Assembly (NCBI RefSeq): GCF_006345805.1
Contig: NC_043008.1
Span: 24,614,001-24,678,000 of the forward strand
DNA length: 64,000 nt
Reading direction: 5' to 3'
Source: Octopus sinensis
Taxonomy: Eukaryota
This document shows positions 54,260 to 64,000 of this stretch, piece after piece (the first letter of the stretch is position 1; every line of letters starts with the position of its first letter). A program made the translations under genes and the position numbers. The notes under the pieces were generated by a model. That model was not told the DNA's origin. It did not search any database and saw nothing but the letters and a program-made list of their open reading frames with translations.

Positions 54260-55900
54260 GATGTGTAGCAAGCTCAGATAATCATTACATTTGTGGAGTA
54301 TCTATGACTAAAACACATCAGTGAAACATTTGTTAAATTTGTTAAAAAATCTTACCATGCCTCTTACTTTGGTGTGAAATTAGGACACCAAAACGAGAAG
54401 TGGGCTCCTCATAAGATCTGCTGAATTTATGTTGAAAAACTAAGACAATGGACAAAATGTACAAGGAAGTCTTTTCGTTTTGGGGTCCGAATGATATGGA
54501 GAGGGTCTAAACATCACTGACTACTACTTTTGCTCACGTGAGGCGCAGGAAACAACTCAAATAGCAGTGAAGGTGAAGAACCTCAGTTATACAACCAGTG
54601 TAAATTAAAAGATCCTCAAAGGGACATATGGCTCGCAGAAGAGTCAGAAGAGATTTTAACTCCTTTTAAATCCTTACGTTTCACTCTATTAGTATTGCAA
54701 TCACGAAAAAGAATTTGGTCCTTATTTCACTCAAGAAAAGGATTTAGTTTATAGAACAGGTCCATCAGAACTAGTAGGAAAGCTTGGCATAATTTACAGC
54801 CCTGGTAGATGAGGATTCTTTATTGATTTTTCAGAGAGAAGTCTCAAAGCTGTTCTACTGCACAATCATAATAAATATACTATTGGAACCTCAGTGATCA
54901 AGAAGGAAACGTGTGAAAATTTGGTTTCACTTCTACACAAGATTAAATTCAACGATCACAACTGAATGATTTGAATATAGGCACAGGTGTGGTTGTGTGG
55001 TAAGTTTGCTTCCCAACTACATGATTCTGGGTTCAATCGCACTGTGTGACACCTTGTGAAAGTATCTGCTACTGTAGCCTATGGCTCAACCAAAGCCTTG
55101 TAAAGGATTTAGTAGACGGAAACTGAGAAAAACCCATCGTGTACATATATCTATGTGTGTGTATTTCTTTGTGTCTGTGTTCGTTCACTGCCACTGCATG
55201 ACAACGGCTTTTGGTATGTTTACGTCCCCGTAACTTAGCGGTTCGACTCAAGAGACCAATAGAATGAGCACCAGGCTTAAAAAAATAATTAACGAACTCG
55301 ATTCCCGCGTCTAAAATACTTTAAGGCGATGCCCCGGTGTGGCCGCAGTCTAATGGCTGAAACAAATAATAGATAAAAGATAATTTGCATTTTGTTTGGA
55401 CACCAGTCACGTTAAACAAAGTCTCCTTGTTTCTTGTGTGAATGGGTCAGTAGAGGTAGGAACCTACATTAGACTAGAAAAGAATAGCCATGTAGGGATG
55501 CACTTAGAACATGAACAATGAATATTCTCTGAGAAAGTTTGATTGATTCGAAAAGCATTCTTTTGCCTTCGCTAGACATAAAACTTGGTCTCATAAAGCA
55601 ATTTGTAAAAGCTTTGTCACAGGATAGAGAGAGCTTCGCGTGGCAAGCTTCCTGTCTAATAAGATACTACGGTTGATGAGGGTATATTAGTTGGACCAAA
55701 TATAAAGAAACTCATCGGAGATGGAAATATTGAAACCACTGTTAGTGATTCTGAATAATATGCATGGATAAGGTTTAAAGATTTTATAAATAATAATAAA
55801 GATCCAACTACAAAGACAATAGGAAGGATGCTGAAAAAGTTCGAGTGTTTAGTTGGATTCTAAGGGATGCGAGTAAGGAATGGTTTCATCAAGGTATAAA
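54260..55900 (+). mobile_element. Decayed Chapaev3-like (CMC) DNA transposon transposase, interrupted by a SINE
   Basis: YICG..., YFGVKLG.Q..KWAPHKIC, LRQWTK.TRKSFRFGVRMIWR, FID.SERSLKAVLLHN, PCFLCEW, IKLGLIKQFVKAL and EGILVGP. The family assignment is from memory of the Chapa zinc-finger motif. Confidence 0.7.
54980..55380 (+). mobile_element. tRNA-derived SINE nested in the Chapaev-like element
   Basis: Homologous along its length to 7482-7885. It splits transposase homology between KIKFNDHN and ICILFGHQ. Confidence 0.8.
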
Positions 55901-56285
55901 AGAAGTTGAAAGAAGATGATGACCATCTACTACTAGATGTTGCATGATGAATGTTCATCACATGTTCACAAGCAATAGATTTCCAGGAGTGCTTTCCAGG
56001 TCGAAAAGATGTGATATTGAGGAGCAGAACCTAAAACAAGCATATTATTAAAGATAAGGTCATTCGGAGAGAAGGTGATATGAAGAAAAGATAGAGGGGT
56101 GGTGTGTTAGCGGGACAGAGTCTGAAATATCTGCTTTTGTGGTAAAACAAATCAGAACGCTAAAAGATTCTCAACGTGACATGTTATGAATTTTCTCCCC
56201 TCGGTAGGTCGTGGTGAAGATAATTGACGCCCGTGACACAAAAATTGAAACCATGGTACATAAATATATACAATTGTATATATAA

Positions 56286-56364
<79 letters not shown>

Positions 56365-56410
56365 CATATTTGTATATATATATATATATATATAATATAT
56401 ATATATATAA

Positions 56411-56731
56411 AGGACCCCCTTCGGTCATGACTGACCACCTACAAAGTTACCATCCGAGGCACAAGTCCGGGTAAGGTTGTTTATGGAAGCGCAGCAGTCG
56501 CCTATGCATACCGGTCTCCCCTCCCCACGCCACCAGTGTTATCCAAGGGAAAGGCAAAGGCCGATACGGCTCCTGTGACGTCGCAACCCCTTTCCACAGC
56601 TGAGTGAATAGGACCAACGTGAAATAAAGTGTCTTGCTCAAGAACACAACACGCAGCCCGGTCCGGGAATCGAACTCACAACGTCACGATCGTAAACTCG
56701 ACGCTCTAACCACTGAGCCATGCGCCTTCAC
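56411..56731 (-). mobile_element. tRNA-derived SINE
   Basis: Minus head gtgaaggcgcatggctcagtggttagagcg (A box), gagttcgattcc (B box), then tgttcttgagcaagacac. Confidence 0.85.
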
Positions 56732-56749
56732 ATCTATATATATATACTT

Positions 56750-59303
56750 CCAGTTTTGTTGAAGAAAGAGGTGCTTTTACGTTCTGAAACAACCCAAAAG
56801 GGATTGCATAAATCAACGAAAAACTGCTAAAGCTGTCAAAAACGTAGTACTACTTGTTATAAGGGTCTGCCATAATATATTGATTTAAAAGAAAACGTAA
56901 TATATTACACTAAAAGTTTAATATAGCACATTAAAGTCAGTGACGCAAGCTAGAGTTATCGTCGGAAAACCACGTTGTTAAAAGTCGTACATTTATTTGC
57001 AGCCGAATGTAAGTAGTGAAAAAGAATTGTTTCTGAAACAAAAATTTCCTCGTTCAAGGACAAGGATTTGAAATTTTACCTCTTGCGAATAAGTATCCTT
57101 CTCGTTTGTCTATTTTCTTTTATCTTACGAGGGGCGTTCAATAAGTAATGCCCCTGACCCACTTCCCATAGCAGCAGAGCAACGAAACTTGGAACAGTTA
57201 TTAGTCTTTTACTACATAGGAACCACCCAGAGTTACGCATTTCTCCCATCGTTTAATGCAGCTCTGAAGACCGTTTTTGTAGAAGACCCCAGCTTGGTCC
57301 TCCAACCACGACGTGACTTCAGAAATCAAGGCTGCATCATCTGGGAAACGCTTTCCTTTCAAAAACAACTTCATGGCTGGGAAGAGGTGAAAATCAGAGG
57401 GTGCAAGGTCAGGAGAGTAGGGGGGATGGGGCATGAGTTCATAGCCGCACGCCTGTACTTCTTATCTGGCGACACGCGAGTTGTGGATCGGAGCGTTGTC
57501 CTGCAGGAGAAGGATGCCTTTGCTGATCTTGCCCCGCCTCTTGATTTTGATAGCTTCTCTTAATTTCCTCAAAAGTGAAGCATAATAGACTCCTGTAATT
57601 GTGGCACCCTTTGCCAGGAAATCTGTCTTCACTACTCCGTCCTGGTCCCAGAAGACTGTAAGCATGACCTTGCCATCGGAGGGCTGCACCCTTGCCTTCT
57701 TTGGAGGAGGTGAGTCACGGTGCTTTCACTGCATTGACTGGGCTTTGGTCTCTAGATCATAGTGATGGACCCAGGTTTTATCCTATGCAATCAGTCTTTA
57801 TCCTATGCACATCTCCAAATTCATCCTCGAGCAATCGACGCGTTCTTGCTTTTGGAAAGGTGTGAGCAACCTGGGAATCCATCTGGCAGACACCTTTTGC
57901 ATATGCAAATGGTCATGAATGATAGTTTCCACAGACCCGGTACTAATCTTGACCTCATGGGCTATTTGGCGAATAGTTATGCGTCGATCTTCCAAAATGA
58001 CAGCCTCAACTTGACAGACAGATGCCTCATCAATGGCAGAAGGGGTCGACCAGATCTGGGAGCTGTTTCCACAGAGTTCCGACCATGTTTGAATTCACGA
58101 TACCAGCGTTTTACAAGGTCATATGATGGGGCATCATCACCATAAGTTACTTTCATTTCATCAAAAGTCTCCCGTGGTGTGCGTCCTTTCAAATACAAAA
58201 ACCGGATCACTGCTCGACACTCAACATGCGCCATTTCACACTTGACTCAGTTCAAACACCTGTAAATCAAAAACCACAATTAGTTCAGAGCTGTAATTTA
58301 CCACCTAATCTATAGAGATATAAATTTTTGCACATGCAAAATATCAGCTAGATCAAACAAGTGCAAGTGGGTCAGGGGCATTACTTATTGAACGCCCCTC
58401 GTAGGTAATAGCAGATGAAAAATTGAGTTACGGCTTCATCTTTGTTTACTTTCTGAGAATTCTCACTATACTTTTCATTAAACTTTTTGTTCAACTGTTA
58501 TTACAGCGACCACTTCGCTTTCAATCTATTTAAAAACTAGAAATCATTACAAAACCCCTTTTTCTTTTTTCACTTTATCTAAAATTATAAATTTTGTTTC
58601 ATGTTTTCCTACACATTTTCGTTACTTGCTCTCACTCTCTCTTTCATACCTACTTCTTCCTCTCTCCCTCCCTCACATATATTCCTCCCTTTCCCGCTCA
58701 ACAGTCAATAGACACCGGATGGCCTCCCCTAACGCCTGCACAGTCGTCACGCCAATAGTTTTACTAAATATTGGGGGCCTATTGCATCATCCCTCCCTTT
58801 ATATCTCTTTACACCTACCTCTTTCCCCCTCTCTTCCATATCTTCCTCTTTTTTTCATCTCTCTTTCTCCAGTTCATATCCTTCCTTTGTCTCTCTCAAC
58901 ATCTACCTCTCCTCCTGTCACCTCACCCTCTCCCTCATATACTTCTGATTTTCCGCTTCTTGTCACTTCGTTCCTCCCTTTCCCTCGCATCATCCTTTCC
59001 TGACTCTCCCTCACTCTGTCTCCCTTTCTCTTCCTATCCTCTCCCTCCCTCTGTCTATCTTTCTCTCCCCTCCTCTCCTTCACTCTGTCTCTCATTCGCT
59101 TCCCCTCCTCTCCCTCACTCTGTCTCTCTGTCTCTTCCCCTCCTCTACCTCCCTCTGTCCCGCTAACACACCACCCCTCTATCTTTTCTTCATTTCACCT
59201 TCTCTCTTTCCCAATTCCATCCCTCAATCTCTCAGTTCCTCTCTATCCTCTATTCCCTCTCTGGGCTGAAAAATGAAAATGGCGCAAAAGTGGGATAAGA
59301 AAG

Positions 59304-59338
<35 letters not shown>

Positions 59339-62300
59339 CGAGTATGGATAGTTGCTAGTGGCGATATGCCAAACAACATCATCGCTGCTGCACTTAGAAA
59401 CAATGGCTTTTGTAGAACCATTGATAAGGTAGAGCGGAAGAAAAATGAATTCATCCGATCCTATATGCTAATCAGACGACACATTGACACCCTGGATGTA
59501 ATAATGTAAAATTGTGGAAGGGCTGATAACGATGGAGAAAAGGAGTCACAACCCAAAAGTCTCTTTGATCCAGTGGTTCCTCAAAAGAATGCATCCCCCA
59601 CCCCTGTGAATGACCAGGCAGAAAAGGATGGGATAGCCAAGGAAGCAACAACCAGAAGCCCCTCTGTACCAGTGGTCCTACACAGGTACTGGGCCCTCAC
59701 CCCATTGGATAATCAGAGGAGGAAATTCACACCATCAGAAAAGGAAGGACAGAACAAGAACACAACCATAAAGAAGGAAAGGGAGAAAAAAGAAAAGGAA
59801 AAAATGAAATATACAAAGCCGAAACGCCAACCCACCAAACAAAAAACAGAAAACGCCATGGAAGTTCTAATGCAATCCAAAACCCTGCAGAAGTGAAGAA
59901 ATTTGGAGGGCACTCAAGGACCTACAAATTTTACCTGCAAGGCAAATGTTGGCATGGAGGAGACAGCAAAAACTGCCGGTTTGCTCACACAAGAGCCATG
60001 AAAACTACAGGGACCTTGAGGAGAAAAACTTCCCCGAGAAAAGACAAAAATTCTCCCCAAGGAAAAAATATAGAAAAGACGTGCGCTCTTCGGAGGTTAT
60101 GCGCAAAGCAGCAGCCAAGCGAGTCTTTATCGTGCATGGCACGAAAGATTGTGCAGCAGCTAACCAGGTTACACCAAGCGCAAACAGGAAACCTTACCGG
60201 CCCCTGCGCAAGACCACAACAGTCAACAGACACCGGATGGCCACCACTAACACCTGCACTGTCGCCACGCCAATATTTTTACTAAACATTGGGGGCCTGT
60301 TGCATCATAACAAAAGCAAGTTTTTTTTTCCTGAGAGACCTTGCTGCATGCATAGTACTCGCATAGTACTCGTGGAAACTCACCTCAGCCCTGATATAGA
60401 GGATGCAGAAGTACACGTATCAAAATATGCCATACTGCGAACAGACAGAAGGGAAAGGAGCCATGGTGGAGTTGCTGTATACATCCGCGATGGCCTCACA
60501 CCCTAGGTCTTACTCTCATACTCAAATTCAATATGTGACACTTTAAATGTATACATAAGACAACATAATATAGTCATATGCAATACACATTGCCCACCGG
60601 ATGTTCCAAACCACATAGGCAAATTTGAAGATTGCTTCACAAAAATTAAAGCAATCCTCATGCAACTGTAACACCACGAGAGCATATTTCTTATGGGTGA
60701 TTTCAACTTCCCCAACATCAAATGGCCTGAAGGACTCATGCTCTCAGAAATGACTCATTGCAAACAAACCCAGGTGGAATCCCTGCCCAACCTCACCAAT
60801 GCCCTATTCATGGCGCAAGCGTTACTCAGACCTACTAGGGCGAATAACATTTTGGATCTCTGCTTCACGAATAATATAGACATCATTCATAGTCTCGGAT
60901 CATCACATAATAGAGCTGTTCATGTTTGGGACGAAAGTAACCAGAGACATACAGCCTAGAGGAAGCAGCCGAAATCTCTACAATCTGAACTTCTACAAAG
61001 CAGACTGGAAATCGATCCAAAAAGATATCCGCAGACAGGTCTGGCCGAAATGTCTCTCCACACCAGACATTGACATGAAACTAGAATATTTCATGTCTGT
61101 TGTGCAAGCCATACGCCAGAAATATGTTCCAGAGCACAAGGCCACAACAAATAGGAGCAAGATTGCAAGGGAGAGGAAGATCCTCATGAGACAACGGACG
61201 AAGGTTGCAAATCGACTCAACCAACATCCCAAGAGTAGCGAAACGTCCCGCCTAAAAACAACACTGACGGTGATTGAAAAAAGCCTGCAACAATCCTATA
61301 TGAAGGAAAGAGCAGACAAAGAAGCCTGGGTTATAAAAAACATTAAATCAAACCCAAAGGCCTTCTTTCATTACGCCAAAGAAACAGCATCATTACGCTG
61401 CATGATAGGACCCCTCATCCAAGAGGATGGCTCCCTCACAGATAGTCCAACCAGGATCAGTGAGGTACTGAATGACCAGTTCAAAAGTGTTTTTACCGCC
61501 TCGTTGGAACACAGACAAGTGAACGAACCAGTTGATTCTTTGCCGTCTCACCTATAGCCAGCGAGGCAGTTACAATCATATACATTAACGTTAGCGAAGA
61601 ATATATACTACTAACCATAGATGAGGTGGACGCAAACTCAACTGCTGGTCCTGATGGTTTCCCAGCAATCCTCTTCAAATCGTGTTAGCATGCCCTGGCA
61701 AAACCCCTCCAGATTCTTTTCCAGACCTTTCTTGTAAATGGTAGACTGCCAAGCAAGATGAAGCCATAAAGGGGAAGCAGAGTAGATGCCAAAAACTGTA
61801 GGCCTATGTCTCTGACTTCACACATCAGCAAAGTCATGGAACGGATAGTCAGTTGTAAACTAATCGGATTTCTTGAAGAAAATAATGTGTTGAGTGATAC
61901 CCAGTATGGCTTTCGACCAGGTAGGAGCTGACCTAGCTCTTACATTATGACTGGCTGTTGAGGCAGTTTCTCAACAACTCAAACGTGAATGTATTATACC
62001 TTGATCTTGCAAAAGCTTTTGACAAAGTGGATCATGGTATGATATGCAACAAGCTGCGTGATCTCGGCATAGCTGGAAAAATTGGAGAGTGGTTATATGA
62101 CTTTCTAAAAGATAGAAGTCACGCAGTAGTGGCACACAAACAGTGAGCGGTGTTCCACAAGGCACTGTCTTGGGACCAGTACTTTTCATAGTGGCCCTCT
62201 CAGATATGTCTTCAACTGCCCGGATAGCCACACTTACTAGCTACGCAGACGATACGAAAGTCTCGTAGAAAATACAGAACATCTTCAGCAGGAGTTAGAC

Positions 62301-62760
62301 TCAGTTTACTGATGGGCTGAAGAAAATAATATGTAGTTTAATACTGAAAAATTCCAAGACTTGCGCTACCAGCGTCCAAAACTGAATATGAAACTTACAG
62401 GCTACATTGGTCCACAGGGAATTACAATCCCAGAGCCTAAATCAGTGAGGGACCTGGGTTTCGACATGAGTGATGATACCTCTTTCCAAGTGCACATTAC
62501 CAGGATCGCGACAAAGTGCAGACGACTCGCTGAATGGATCCTAAGAACATTCAGAACCATGATTTTCCTGTGGAGGACATTCGTCCTCAATCGCCTGGAT
62601 TACTGATCCCAGCTATGGTCACGCAAACAGTAAAATTAACAGCGGACCTTGAAGAAATTCAGCGAAGCTTCACAAAGAAAATCGTCTCTTTGCAACAGCT
62701 CAGCTACTGCAACAGCTCAGCGGGGCTCTAGCAAGGACACAGCTATGAGCTGAAACTAGA
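56750..62760 (+). mobile_element. CR1-like LINE copy 2 (5' UTR, ORF1 CCCH, APE, RT), degenerate, with a mariner inserted in its 5' UTR
   Basis: Homologous to copy 1. RT motifs YLDLAKAFDKVDHG, GVPQGTVLGPVLF and YADDTK. Many stops and frameshifts. 3' tail ...gagctgaaac at about 62750. Confidence 0.88.
57128..58401 (-). mobile_element. Full-length mariner (1274 bp), perfect 37-bp TIRs, TA target duplication, frameshifted DD34D transposase
   Basis: ta|cgaggggcgttcaataagtaatgcccctgacccactt ... aagtgggtcaggggcattacttattgaacgcccctcg|ta. Motifs WIPRLL, WVHHYD, LLQDNAPIH and HPPYSPDLAPSDFHLF. Confidence 0.96.
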
Positions 62761-62774
62761 AGAAATATATAAAT

Positions 62775-64000
62775 ACATTTCGTTTTTGGATTTGGTTTGC
62801 AAGATTCTTTATATGATTTCGTGTGTTGAAGCATATTCTGTTGTGTCTGGGGAGAGTCATTCTCTTTTAGTGCCTCACCGGTAAAATTTCCACTTATTTC
62901 TTATTTTTATTTTCTAAAATTTTCGTTGCTTCTTGCAACCTTTTCAATAGTTTTGACTCTCTCCGTTATTTACACTGCGTTCCCTTTTGTTTGATTGTGC
63001 GCATGTGTGTGGGTTAGTTGGTTAGTATGTGTGTGTGTGCCTAGACATGCATGCATGTACGTATGTATGTGTGTGTGTGTTTGCATGTGTATGTATGTAT
63101 ATTTGTGTGTGTATGCATATGTATGTATGTGTGTGCATCTGTATGTACATATCCTGCATATTTATGTGCTTGCCTGTCCGTGTTTGTTTATTTTCTATGT
63201 ATGAGTGAGCATGTGTTTGTATATATATATGCACCTCTGTCTCCTTGTATGTGCATGTCTGTGTGTGTGTGTGTGTGTGTTATGTAACTATGTACCATGT
63301 TTGTATGTATGGATGTGATTCTTTATATGTGTGGATACGTGTCTCCATATATGTCTGTTCATATAGTCTATATACTTATCCGTCTGTATATTGATCTGTT
63401 TATTTACATATCTAAATGCTTACATACAGAAATAAAAAATAAACAAATATAAAAAAGATAAAAAATATTAAAATGAAAGAAATAAATATTAACAAAAAAG
63501 GCATGTATACACACTCACACCCACATACATATATACATTTATCTACCTGACAGTCCACTAACTATTCTACTCTACCTGTCTAAACTGTGGGTATGGAGGT
63601 ATGGAGGTATAGTATTTATTGTGTATATTTCCTATTTAATATTGGGGAGGTTTCATTTATAAGGACGTACTCCCGTATTTGTCTGAGTGTTGGGTCTTTT
63701 GGGTGCTTGGATAAGGTGCGAATGTCAAGTTGACCCAAGTTTCCTCCATGGTGGTCTTTGGCATGTTGGTAGAATATGGAGGACTGTTTTATGTCGTCAT
63801 ATTGTCTTAGATGTTCATTTATCCGTTCCGCAATACTCCTAGACGTCTCCCCTATGTACATCATGTTCATGTCCTTACAAGCATCTTCTATGCATCTTAT
63901 GCTGTAAACTACATTTCGAGTTCTACAGTTAATACCAGGGCTAATTCTACTTACCATGCAGTTATCATTGGTGCATATGGTATTCTTAAACGGGTACGTC
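62775..64000 (-). mobile_element. Penelope-like family 2, 3' portion running off the window (open GIY-YIG frame plus 3' terminal repeat)
   Basis: ORF 63616-63957 reads NCRTRNVVYSIRC...YIGETSRSIAERINEH. The terminal region is homologous to 27860-28110. Confidence 0.88.
62914..62950 (-). ncRNA. Minimal type I hammerhead-like motif with U3-A8 compensatory core
   Basis: Minus strand CTA-TTGAAAA-g-GTTGCaagaaGCAAC-GAA-AATT-T-TAG: stem I 3 bp, stem II 5 bp, palindromic stem III AATT. Confidence 0.5.

Noticed and set aside
56640-56731. tRNA-like sequence with A and B boxes
   Set aside because: It runs straight into a SINE core and no full cloverleaf is evident, so it is called a SINE rather than a tRNA gene.

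Overview
AT-rich, microsatellite-dense animal genomic DNA with no confidently identifiable host gene. It is probably an octopus or other coleoid cephalopod (inferred from the tRNA-derived SINE types and the (TA)n/(CA)n density; not proven). The window is mostly transposable elements: three mariner copies (one full length with perfect 37-bp TIRs), two CR1-like LINEs (one lacking its entire RT domain), an R4/Dong-type RLE retrotransposon inserted in (TAA)n, an RTE fragment, an internally deleted Helitron, a decayed Chapaev3-like transposon, several SINEs and at least three Penelope-like (PLE) families. The main result is a set of type I hammerhead ribozyme (HHR) folds read directly from the sequence. 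These include a 492-bp tandem array with one HHR per unit (retrozyme-like, predicting a ~492-nt self-cleaved and possibly circular RNA), a related HHR in a fold-back element, HHRs in both perfect inverted arms of a 1.76-kb GIY-YIG-only mini-element, and two non-canonical core variants (compensatory U3-A8, and A6U). All folds and alignments were done by eye and need computational and experimental confirmation. Boundaries given as approximate may be off by tens of bases.
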